This document shows, in pieces, positions 21,027 to 32,980 of a DNA stretch of 64,000 bases. The notes beneath the pieces were generated by a model. That model worked only from the letters and a program-made list of their open reading frames with translations. It was not told the DNA's origin and did not search any database. The position numbers were made by a program, and so were the translations under genes. Every line of letters starts with the position of its first letter. Within the stretch, counting starts at the first letter, position 1. The stretch comes from Takakia lepidozioides (Eukaryota; Plantae; Bryophyta), in NCBI GenBank assembly GCA_030704615.1, contig CM060733.1, positions 48,670,001 to 48,734,000 on the forward strand. The letters run 5' to 3'.

Positions 21027-24000
21027 TCAGAGGACGGAAAGCCTTCGCTGCCGCAGGTACAACATTCCAGCCGCACTTTTCGCCAGGATATCAACGAGCT
21101 GCCCTCTGCACATATGAAGAGCAGATCGGGCATGTGTCTCCAGGTATTTGTCATCACCTACAATGCGAAGTATGTCCGCGAATTCTTGTTCCAATGAGGC
21201 TGAGACCTCCAGAGTTGCCTCGTCGTAGGGGAAGTCATCCGGAGGATGTCTTTCCATGAACTGATTGGATTCGTCGTTGCCGTCGGCACCATTGCCCAAG
21301 AGCAAGTTAGGTAATCCTCCATGCATGGTTCCTAGCGTCGTGCCACAAGCGCGCACAAGGAGGCCATCTTGCAGGTCAGGGTGAAGCATCTTCAGGACAC
21401 GGACCTGATGCTTGCATAAGTTTCCCTTCATTGCTCATGGGCACGTGCAACAACCCCAATCGCAATCAGGATTGTAAACAATGTATGTTGTGCCGGGGGG
21501 GGTTGCTGCTGAGAACGTAGGCTGGTTCACCATGACCCAAGGGAAGAGTAACACTCTCAGTAGGAATGTCTCGTGCCGCAAGTATAGAACTGGATATGTA
21601 CTTTTCGTGTTTGTCATTTCTTATGAACCCGTGGGTCTTCAAATGGATTGCGTACCAATAGTGTGTTAGCACACGACCAGTGAGTTCCCATATAAGCCAG
21701 TCCACTCTACGACCACTCATCTTGCCTTTCCCCATGGCAAGTCTTGCCTTCAGATTTCCATGGTATGCCTCAATGCTTGCGTTTGTGCCTTGGCTCGCAT
21801 GAGGGACATGGCGGGCTGCTGTACACCACATTGCTATTTTGGGCTTCCAGTACTGTTCAATATAGTCAAGAAATTCATGTCCTTTCGGGTATTTTGACCT
21901 CATACGACGGATTCTCCTTGCAACCCACCGAAGCGCTCTTTTCTCGTTGCGTGGTCCCCATCTACAGTACATGAGGTCTCCCATATCCTTCAACAAGTTT
22001 ACAGCGGTCACCGGGTCCTTCGTTTTCTTGCGTGATTGCTTCACCCATGCCTTGCGGACATGCCAAAGGCAGAGGAAAATGAGTACTCCTTCAAAAACAA
22101 TTCTGCACAACACACATGGTACACATTAGAGTCTTGGGATCGGACTGCAATGGTGAACTGCCGGAGTGGAATGTAACAGCGACCTGTATCAGCGGGTAGA
22201 GCCACTGGACTCGCCCAGTGGACAGTACAATGCCATGACGTTGATGTGCTGGAATATAACCCCATTGGACTACCCAGTGGACTTCCCCATTGGACTTCCC
22301 CTAGCTAGGACTGGGGCAGCGGACTGCATCAGCGGACTGCCCCATTGGATTGCCACAGCGGACTTGTCAGGGACTGCCGAGTGGACTTGGCAGCGGACGG
22401 CCGACCCCAGGGACTGCTGAGTGGACTTGGCAGCGGACTTGCCGGGGACTGCCAGCGGACTTGCCAGGGGACTGATGACCGGACTTGACAGCGGACTACC
22501 AGTGGATTTGCCCAGCAAACTGCCATCAGGGTTTGCCACATGAGTCTGCCAGTGGACTGTAGCAATGGACTGCTGCAGTGGACCTCGACAATGGACCGGT
22601 GCTGTGGACCAACAGACTTACCGAATAACGTTGATTTCTGCTTCGACATCGTCCACAATGAAGGCATTGGGTCGCCAGCTCGGCAAATCTGCAAGGAGTG
22701 AATCGCGCAAGGCTCTCATCCACGGAACCAGGTCTCTTGTCCGATTCCTCGCGGATAGGATATAGGCAACTGGTATACTGTTCAACCACTCGTCGAAGAC
22801 CATCAACGTGTACAATGGGAACTGTTGGAATGCACAATGTAAGATGGTCAGAGCATGCAAATTCCGCTCAGTTCTGCACGAGAAGACTTCATAAGAGTGA
22901 TGAGGTCTGTAGCGGTTCACAATGGGTCTGCCTCTCGGTCTTCCGCAACGTACACAACCCTAAACATACAGAAAGAGTCAGCACACCAAATATTATGTGA
23001 ATGTTGCATGGTACTATGCTATCATGCTCGTACAAGTTCATGGAATCGTTCGAATAGTACCTTGTCATGATTTGTCCCAAAGGTTGCATCACATGCAACG
23101 ATACGGTCATGTCCTAGTTCCAACATTCGTCGTTTCTGCCACGGAGTCTGTATGCCAATAGTGAATGTCAAATCTCCATCAAAATGCTCGAATGTTGGCT
23201 CTAATTTCTCCTCTTGATAGAGAAAAACGGACGCAGGATTCTGGTCTCTCCACATGCGTACACTCTCTACATCATCGGCGTGCTTTTTGAAGGTTTGCCA
23301 CGCACGTTTCTCGGCAAGGTTGCGAACATCTTGCTCCAACAAGAAATCATCGCGGGTCCATGCATCGCCCAAGCCGGTGTTGTTCATCACGTGCTCTTTA
23401 TGCTCCATCATGATTGGGACGACCGACAGGCCTCGGCACAAACACTCGACGACCCAGGCTTTCAATTCCTTGCTAATGTGGTGCATAGGCGTGGCGGGTG
23501 TTCCTGAACTCTGCGGACTTCCCATGCAAGGGTTTCCCTTGCGCATCTGTATGCTCCATGTTGTTGTAGTACGTGAGGATACAGATGTCAGGGGCGAGAT
23601 AGCATTGCTGGACCTTGAAACAGCATTGGCAACCACATTTGTAAGACTCTCCATACTCCGACTTCTTTCTCCTTGGGCCTTTATGAGGGCAAGATGTTCC
23701 AGCACCCACAAGAGGTCCTCCACGCTTCTGTTTTGGATCCTCCACTATTGTCTTGTTGGTGCGCTTGTCATCAGGACCGTAGCAGCATTGATACTGGACA
23801 GAAAATTCTAAAATCGATATCCAACGACTTGAGGAAGCATAAAATCAGAGAACTCGTGAAACAAAAAATGGCAACAGACATGCAATGTGAAACGTCAAAA
23901 GGACTGAGGATGGTGCACACATAATACTGGACAGAAATGTGTTGGCTCTGGGTGCTTTTCGCAAGCCGGGTTCCACTTTAGAATGGACATTCACCCAAAA

Positions 24001-24243
24001 CTGAGTGGGGTAGTCCTCCAAACTCTCCTCTCCCAGGACGAAGTCACCAACTCTATCCCAAGATATGCAGGCTTTTTCAACATTCACTCGCACACCCATA
24101 AACCCATATTGCATCTCACTCTTCCAATGGAGATCCTTCCTGTTGAAGGGTCCTGGTTTTGCTGTTTGCAAACATTGTCGAAGAGGCCGTATAAGCGGGC
24201 TTTCCGTGATTAGTATATCATCGGGTTTTGCTTCCACGTCCAT
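21027..24243 (-). CDS. MULE-type DDE transposase with SWIM finger, At4g13970/At1g60560-like; 4 exons, a few lesions
   Basis: Exons ~24243-23921, 23793-23061, 22821-22622, 22102-~21027. Motifs YQCCYGPDD, KCGCQCCF..H, GIQTPWQ, DATFGTN, FIVDD, CLWHVRKAW, TNASIEAYHGNLK, CTCP..KGNLCKH. GT-AG at introns 2 and 3; intron 1 phase needs a 1-nt correction; frameshifts near 23475 and 21500; TGA (likely from TGG) at ~21436. Confidence 0.88.
22160..22615. repeat. ~12-bp GGACT-core minisatellite in transposase intron 3
   Basis: Runs such as GCGGACTTGCCA GGGGACTGCCA GCGGACTTGCCA GTGGACTTGGCA. Confidence 0.8.
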
Positions 24244-24387
24244 GCCCTATACAATACAAAGGACACGCTTCTGAACATGCAAGAAACGCGCCGCAGTACA
24301 AGACACGATCGACAACGTGCCAGGAAAACAGTGCGCACGTTCGCGGCTGCTGGCAAGTGGTAGGCGACAGGGATGTAGGTTTGAATT

Positions 24388-24684
24388 GCAGCCCTAAAAA
24401 TGGAGGGCTCGGATGGGTTATGGGAATGGACGGTGACGATCCTGCGCCGTCAGCGGACTGGCAGGCGACTGGCGGACTGGCAGACTGCTGGGCAGCGGAC
24501 TGGCAGACTGGAGGGCAGCGGACGGGGCGTGGGCGCGGTTGCTGCAGCAGCGCGCGCGGCTAGGCGACCGCGCGCAGCGACGGGCGGGGGGGCGGGGGTG
24601 CGGGGAGCCGGGCGTCCGTACGCGGGGCCCACCGGCCACATCGCACGTGCCCATTGAAGACCCTATTATCTTAAAATGAGAGGC
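24388..24684 (-). repeat. Right terminal inverted repeat of the MULE
   Basis: Reverse complement of 7588-7912 with small indels. Confidence 0.92.
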
Positions 24685-25045
24685 GTTTGTAAGAGCTCAG
24701 TTTATTAAAAATAAAAATAATTTTTTTTCCCATGTACCATCAGGGGCTAGGAATCATTGAACCTTGCGTCAACGCAAGCCTGATTCCCAGCCCCTGTTGG
24801 AACATGGGAAATCCAAAAAAAAAAAAAAAAAAACTTGATTCCCAGCCTGTTTCCCTGGGGCCTGCACTTGAGGGCAGTTCGCTAGGGCTCAGTTATTTTG
24901 TTTTCTTTGAATTCCCATGTGCCAACAGGGGCTGGGATTAAGCTTGTGTCAACGCAAGCTTGATTCCTTGCCTATATCATTGTACAAATAGGGAAAATTC
25001 CTAGCTGGATCTCTATTTTACTTTCTCGAATTCCCGTTTGCCAAC
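24685..25045. repeat. Continuation of the palindromic ~125-bp array right of the MULE
   Basis: Same unit and orientation as 6980-7587, resuming at GTTTGTAAG-AGCTCAG(T)n. Confidence 0.85.
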
Positions 25046-25829
25046 CACAAGATTAACCACCTCAATGTAACCACCTCACATCGCAGCTGGAAGAGGTTAT
25101 AAGGTGAAGATTACGTCGTGAAATCAGGGATTTGTTGTGACATGAATGAAAATATTTTTCATTCATTTCTGGATGAGAGGTAGGGGAGGATGGACTTCAT
25201 TTGACATTTTGCATTTTCGTGCAATTCCATGATGTTCATCAGCATGCAGAGAAGACTCCATCTTTCATTCATCCATGCTTCATTCCTCGTGTAGGCTTTC
25301 AACAAGTATTCATCCAATATTCATCCACATTCCAACTATTTGAGTTCCAAAAACTAAGGGATTGTTGCCCGCATTTCCACAACTCCAGTCCGCGGTAATA
25401 AGCCTTATCAGGCATTGCTGTCCGTGGTCATAGGCCCCATGCGGTCAACGTCATCCTGAACCGTGAGCTGAATTCTGCTCACGGAAATTCCTGCTCACGA
25501 ACTAGCAATCCCCATGTTTGTATTGAATTCATATTGGATCATTCTATTCTATTCATGCAACACTCTTGCCATCCTGAATGTTTACTATATGCAATCAAGA
25601 TGTGTTGCATGACATCGGGTAAAGTTACCTTCGATGGAAATGGGATGCAGTTACACCAATCCCAATCTGCTCTGGTTCCTCACAGCTCCTAGTCTTGGCC
25701 TGTCTCTTCTGCAATTTGATCTAGGGGAGCGGATATGGAGAACAAGCAACATGCCCTTTGTTTGCCTACAAAGTTAAGTTAGGCTATTCCTTGCTTAAGC
25801 CGGTTATCTCTATGGATTCTAAGTGGTCT

Positions 25830-26300
25830 AAGAAATGGTCACATTAGGCTAACTGCCGATCACTTGGAAGGTATTTGGGCTGACATCTAGTGGATATAAT
25901 AGATCGTGCTGCCAGGGGGTTTCTAATTTGGAAGTTTGTCAATCGGACTTTACCAATGCTTAATTACTTTGCTGACACACTAGCAACATATATACTTTGC
26001 AACCTGCAAGTTCTCAAGACTCTGGAACATTGCTTCCTTGTTTGCCTTGTTGCTGCAAAGACCTGGAGGAGGGTTCTTTCTTTCTATTCCTATTGGAAAG
26101 TTTTTCCTGCTAATGCCTCATCTTTAAGTTTCTGAATTTTTTAAAGGATCGTTATGGTCAAACTATCCGTTTGGTCCACTATGAGAGCTCAATACTATAT
26201 GGAACCTTTGGAATTGCTCTTTGTGCATTTGTTTTTGATAGCTGGTTAATTTTGATGATGTGGCCTCCCAAACACCGGCGGGAAGACTTCCTGACCATCG
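25830..26300 (+). mobile_element. Degenerate L1-type LINE ORF2 C-terminal fragment (zf-RVT-like)
   Basis: FLIWKFVNRTLP...ILCNLQVLKTLEHCFLVCLVAAKTW matches the F.W....LP...C..C...ET..H.F..C..A...W pattern. Boundaries approximate. Confidence 0.65.
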
Positions 26301-29300
26301 GCAAAATGGCCTGGGCGAAACAACCCATCTCACGCTGAGATGTCTTCATAATTTTTATTTTTTTTTCCAGCTGGTAATCAGTCCTACAATGCAACTACCA
26401 ACCGGAAGAATTAGGATTCTTCCAAATATTTCCTACTCTATGATGTCAGTTGACCCATGGTGTGGATGGAAAGTGAATTCAGCCCCCCATTTGTACATAC
26501 AAACCAACCCCTATGAGATGTTGGAATTTTGAACTGGAAATCGGATACCCAGTAGATGCCCAAGAATATGAATCTGCAAGGCAATCACACATGAAAAATC
26601 CAAATGACCACAAAAAACTTTCTTCAAACTTGTATTCAGGTCCTAATTCTGAGCCTTGCTTCCAAAACCCACCATAGAATTTTGTTATGATCTACCAATT
26701 CCAAATGTGGATTTCCTAATTTCGTGGGGGCAGATGGATGTGTTAGTCAAGAATCTATTTGTAAGGTTCAAATTTGTGGATGATTCAGAGTAGTAAGATA
26801 GAGCGTAGGACATGTAGGTATGTAGTATGTACCATTTTTCGGGTGGCCCACCAAGTTCGGGTGGTTATATGTTTTTATCAAGAACTACCCACAAGCTTTG
26901 TTTTGTCCAATTTTGAAACCTAGCACCCTAACATGGTGAACATGACTCTATTATTCTAATCTAATATTCTAGATATTCTAGATACTTATTGAGCTAGCAT
27001 ATAATTTTCTTATGGTACATGTTTCAAATTTTTGCATTTTAGGAGGCCTTGAGTGTAGATTAGTTAGTAGTAGGTAGTAAGTTGGAGCGGGAGAGGCCTA
27101 GACCCTCCATTATATACCCTCTCGGAGTGTCCTTCCACGTGGGAGGAGCCCGGTCCTGAAAAGGAGGAGTTTGCTCAGCACTCGGAGAAAATAGCCGAAT
27201 CCCCTCTAGCGTTTCCACAATCATGTGGAGCTCGGCGGCCAATGCTCATTTTGGACTTTAGCGTGACGTGGTAGAGGATACCACTTGGTAACCGGTGTAC
27301 TCTTGGGAAACATACTTAGAATTGCTCTTTATGTGTTCACCAATACCCGTCAAGTATCTCGAGCATCTCGAGCTCTACATGTTTATCAAACCGTCTATAG
27401 CAGGTCGTGGTGGGTCTCTAACAGGCACATGCAGGTAAGTGGACACTGCAATCAATTCCCGATACTCGTCCGCAGAGCTCCCATCCCCATTTTATTGGGG
27501 TGCGCTACAAATGTGCTAGCTCGACGACCCGACCCTGCCGCCCCATACATGGAAGCGATGTGTTAACCCGGCCATTTTTGTCTGTTTCCTCCCTTAAACG
27601 ATGGGCATGGATGGCCTCTCTCACGGGCCCAGCCATCTCGGGCCCAGCCGTCTCTAGCCTTCGCTGGCCTTCTAGAAGGCTTTTTCGCGCCAGGTGTGCA
27701 GCCACAATGGGCGCCTGGTCGTGGCTGGACACAGGTCTTCATCCCATCGCCCTCCTGCTTCGATCTAAAGCACCCTTTCCTGCATCCCTATTGGTCGGTC
27801 CAATAGTCTCTCCCATTTTGACCTCCAAAAATTTCCCCCAACCTTTTATATACACCATGCCATGTGTGCTCCTTGAAAATCCTTGATGAGCATCAGTTGT
27901 GTCCCAATGCCTCTTGCAACAAAACTCCATAAACAACTAAACTCCATAAATAACTGGCAATTAGCAATCAATAGAAGCTTGCATTTTTGTTTTTTGTGTC
28001 CCATAACCCACAGGGAGGAGGTTCTCACTTATGCATACTTTGCTTATGTTGGCCGCGCAACCGTTCGATGGTAGAGCGAGGCAAGTCCAATATCCTTACC
28101 TCTCATGGTTCTGTCGGAATCACCTTTACATAACCATATGTGAAGGAAGAAGTGAAGTGCTGTGACATCTTGCATCAAACTTATTGTCCCTCATCTTTCC
28201 GATCAAAATAAAGATAAAATCCACTAGAGTCTGTCCCCCTCACGGCGAGTCCGGAGAATCCTAAGATGCATCCAAGCCAACTTTGAAGCCAGAAAGACAT
28301 CAACAGTGCCAGCATCTATACAAGATTGTTTCCCCCACAGCTAACACATACAAAAGGAAACTCATCCATGTTCCGAGATAGAAATACGCAGCAGCATGCA
28401 CAATCCACCTGGAGTCATAATAAACTCTCTCTTTCCACAACGGATTTCCAATCAACACATTGATCATATAAAGTCCAGCTAGCGAAGTAACTAACACAAG
28501 ACCAAAGCAGATACTACCGCGGCCATGCCATTTAAGAATTTCGTCGAAAGACCTTTATACACGAACCAAGACAACAACTTGCTAGCACATTGTAGTGCAC
28601 CGTTAAGAGATAAGAACCAGCTGATACACAGAATATGCGACTTCACATATTCTACTTCACATTCGCAAAGATGGGAGCACCAGCTTTAGACTCTTTAACT
28701 ATCTAGAAAATGCAATCTCAGCTCGCAAGAGTATCAAGAAGAACAAACCATTCGTTTGGATGTAAAAGCATCCATCTTGTTTCAAAATACCCAAGGCGTG
28801 GTTTGCAAAGGATATGCCAGCATGCTTTCATTTCATTATAGATCCTTCCTAGGTAGCTGCCCACTGAAAGACACTGACAGCAGGTACAGTAACATTGCCA
28901 GAGGAAGGCAACGTATGCATCAGCTAGCAGCCTGGCACTGCTGAAAGGCATGCGAAAGGCCCACCCTTCAGGCACTCGCCTATTTAGCAAGGTTTGTTTC
29001 GGAATGTTGATAGAAATGAGCTATTCACTGCACATCCAAGAGAGGCAAATTAACCCCTTCAGACTGATCAACTGGAAATACCTGGAACTCCCATAAAAGA
29101 CAGCAGTACGCGAGTCCATAATAAACTTCCAAGTAAACTCCAAAAGACGGAAACAAAATGTCTGAGGACTATTTTACAGTAACAGGACTGCGAGTTTTGA
29201 CTAGGCAGCCATATTTCTCCTTTCATTCACAAGCAAGTATTGTAGCATAAAGATTAAAGATGGGCCATTTGATTGCAATGAACCTTGTCTCAGAATCATT

Positions 29301-29370
29301 TATAAGGAGTTCTTCTAAATACTTAACCCTGGAAAGAATCACCGTATCACTGATTGAGTGAGAAATAATC

Positions 29371-32050
29371 CTATACCTCTGCTTCTTCAGCCCTTGCTGA
29401 ATCATCCCCTTTTGCCTGGTCATCACCTGACGAACATGGAAATGACACCCTCAGACATCCTTAAGGAAATGCTAAGTTACCCAAGGATATACCGATGTAG
29501 AACAACATAAAAATTGTAAACACTGCAGTGGAGCCCACCCTTCAAAGGGCACACTAGCCAAGAGGTAAAGTGGCTCTTATTTACAGTGCATTTGCAGAGT
29601 CTTCTCTCTCTCTCTCTCTCAATACTGCATTGCAAACAAGAAGGGAGAGAAAAAAAACAGCATAGAGAGCTTCAAATCAAGTTCCAAATGATGAAGTTCA
29701 GTCTGGAAATATATTCTTGCAACTGGACTTCCAACATTGTAAAGCAAACCTGTGGGTACAGTTTACAGATATATATATGTGACTGCAATAAACACAAAAT
29801 TCGTGTCTTACCTCCATCCTCCTGCAGATCTGACGTCCAGAGGGTGAGGTTATCCCTGAGAAGCTGCATGATCAAGGTGCTGTCTTTGTAGGACTCTTCA
29901 CTCAGAGTATCAAGCTCTGCAATAGCTTCGTCAAATGCTTGTTTGGCCAAATGGCAAGCTCTGGAATCCCACACATTATGCACCAGCATGTGTAAGTTTC
30001 CACATGATTGACATGCCCACTTAACATCGCTGAAAAATACATTTAGCTGGCCGGAAATGTACGAAAACAATTGACACAAACACTTACCGCTCAGGCGAGT
30101 TGAGAATCTCATAGTAGAAAACTGAGAAATTAAGTGCCAGCCCCAGCCTGATCGGATGTGTCGGTGCCAAGTCAGTGACTGCTGTGTTGGAGGCAGCCTG
30201 CACAAAGTGGAGACAAAGAGTTGCAGACCCTGGGCACATATAGGGTTGAGCGGTTGTTTAAGTTGTTGGAGCTTCGAATATCCGAGTGCAGTATAAGATT
30301 AGAAAGTCCAAAAGAAGTAACCCTCAAGTGTTTAAGCGTAACAGCTTGAGGTCTTTCAGCAAGTTGACAAACTGTGGGAATGCATACATGAGTACAACAG
30401 CCCTTGGCGCAAGGCTACCTTGTGAAAATAGACATGACACTTCACAACACATACAGTGAGCATTTGACTTGCTTAGAACTTAGAGAGATCATGTCACCTG
30501 GTAGGCCTTGAGGGACTGGTCTGCAGCTTCTTTTCTTTCGTTTCCAATCTTGAACTCTGCCAAATACCTATAATAATCACCCTTCCTAATACACAAGGAA
30601 ATAGCATGAAGATGTTAGTTGACAAAATGTAATGTAATCACTCGACATGCCTTTCAACATGTCTTTCAAAATCTTTACCTACAAACATTATGTTCTCAAA
30701 AGAACAAATTACCAAAACAAAAAAACCTACTAGATCTCATGGATACCTGTGGAAAGATTCAACATACAACCAAAAGAACTTGCAAACAAATAATACAAAA
30801 AGAAAAACAAAGACCACATTGGATAGCCAAAATATCAGTGACAGCCACCAATTTCAATAAATTAGTTGAAATAGTGTATGTAATAGTCAATACATCTTGT
30901 AATAGAAGACAGTGGATTCTCCTGTGCTGGATGAAGGAATCAAATGCTCATCAATGATAGTAAGGATGTCATTGCAAATCTTGGACAGCTCTTCCTCCAC
31001 TTTGTGTCGGTAGTCTTTGATGCGCTTCACATTCTGCTCGTTCCCTTTACTCTCCTCTTTTTGCTCAATAGATGACATAATCCGCCATGAAGCCCTCCGA
31101 GCACCAATGACATTCTTGTAACCCACCGAGAGCAGGTTTCTCTCTTCAACTGTCAACTCCACGTCTAGCTTCGCAACTTTCTTCATAGATTCAACCATCT
31201 CTGTCACAACAATGGAACCGTAAGAAGAGGGCATATAACACTTAGTGCTTTCAGCAAAGCACGAAAAAACAACTACTTGCAGAACCGTGACATCCAAGAG
31301 CCATGGCATATGCAATCGTAAATCAGGTGACACAATTTGGAACCAAATAACAAGTCAAAAGTTTATTGAGACAGGAGCTTGCAGTACAGTGGTTGATAAG
31401 GATCTGAATGTGCAAATTACACTTGTCAAGTAAAACAAAATTGCTGAATTACTGAAACGAGGCAAGTAGACAACCACTCAGAGACAAACGAAAATGTACA
31501 AAAATGTACATCAGCAACTCAAAATCCGAGTCTTCTGACAAAACAGAACCCCACCAACGAAGGAAACCTATCTACCTCAGGTTATGTCGAGAGGTACTAT
31601 ATCTCAGTAGCATCACCAGAATGACGAACCTATGTACGCCCAGGGCACGACCAACCCTACCGACGTCAGATAATCTGAAAATCAAGAACCACGACTATTG
31701 GACATCCAACGAGACTTGGACGAGAACAAACTGGCAGATATGGAGGCTTAAACGCAGACAAAAAGCCTCGTGATGCAAACGACGACATTCTCCCTCCACA
31801 AATACGAAAACCGAAATTTTTATACCCCGGACTGCGGCTGAACAACAAAATGTCTGGACTCCATACACCCAGGGGAGACCACAAGGCAGACAGTAAGAGC
31901 ATTCAGGAAAAAAGAAGCAAATAACCACGCCACAAGTGGCAGACTGAACAGATCAAGGCATAAAGCAGGTGATGCACCGTCATATCGCTCCGCTTGCTCT
32001 GCAAGCTTGGCCATGTACACGTAGCTTTCTCTCTCCTTCTCGGTATTCAT
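29371..32050 (-). CDS. 14-3-3 protein, epsilon-group gene structure
   Basis: Exons 32050-31978, 31200-30894, 30585-30498, 30197-30088, 29960-29812, 29426-~29371, all GT-AG; motifs [70 protein letters not shown]. Confidence 0.97.
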
Positions 32051-32980
32051 TTTGACCCCGCACCTCCCCGCAGATCACAAGAGCGCGCGAGACGGTCGCA
32101 AGGTCGCGGAGCAGCGCAGCGAAGAAGAAGGAGAAGAAACGTGGCACGAGCTGCCGTCGCTTTGCTCCCACCCCATTCTCCATTCGTTACTCACGTCTTC
32201 GCAAATGGATGAACCTCACCATTTCTCGTCGGCCCATTCCCGGCGCAATTGTTGCCCTCGATGGATGGAAAACCATCGATGGGATGCATATCTGTCTCAT
32301 CCGTCGATTATGAAACCCACTCATTGGGTGTACTGATAAGAACAAAATATAAATATTGATTATTCCGCTGCGTTGACCCGTGGATCTGGGGTTCAACTCC
32401 CTGTTGGTTCGTCGGCCTTCGGGCCTCTCCTCAAAAATACATTAAATAGGTGTTTTAGTGATTATAAAATTCGAGTAGGGGTATAAAGAGAAATATTGTC
32501 CAGGCTTTTTAATGGGCGAGATGACGTAAAGAGCACAACCATTCCATGACATGAATGGCCATTCCCATTTTTTATTTTCTAGGAATAGACGTATTCTGAT
32601 ATTTCCACGTGGCAGGGCCGTCCATCACGATTCTATAACTTTTCTGTCAAGTTCCCAGTAGGCCTAATGAGATAAGATTCCAAAGAGTAGGTTTGACACG
32701 TAGCCCTACTTAGGCTTAGGTCAACATTGGTTTTCTGAGCTGAATGCTGCACTGGATCTGCACCATGAATTCGAGAGCTCGGATGCTGCGGATTCCAGAC
32801 TTGAATTCTCGAAGATGCAAGAGCTGTGTGCGCTTGGTAGCTACCAGATTCGCACGATAGAATTCGCGCTGAGGTGGTGCTTGGAAGGAAGAGCAGGGGA
32901 TGTGCATTAACCCTAGCATGGTGCCTTGAGAGGGTCGCGGAAGCTATTCACGTTCTACAGACGTGCAGGTGGAGCTGAAA

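Larger units (their letters stand above)
7588..24684. mobile_element. Complete Mutator-like DNA transposon (MULE), 17.1 kb including a nested LTR element
   Basis: Termini GCCTCTCATTTTAAGATAATAGGGTCTTCAATGGGCACGTGCG / CGCACGTGCCCATTGAAGACCCTATTATCTTAAAATGAGAGGC; perfect 9-bp TSD GTTTGTAAG at 7579-7587 and 24685-24693; internal DDE/SWIM transposase. Confidence 0.95.

Noticed and set aside
23791-23937. 14-bp direct repeat ATACTGGACAGAAA near both ends of transposase intron 1
   Set aside because: The copies are in different reading frames, so removal between them does not restore the ORF; not interpretable without sister copies.
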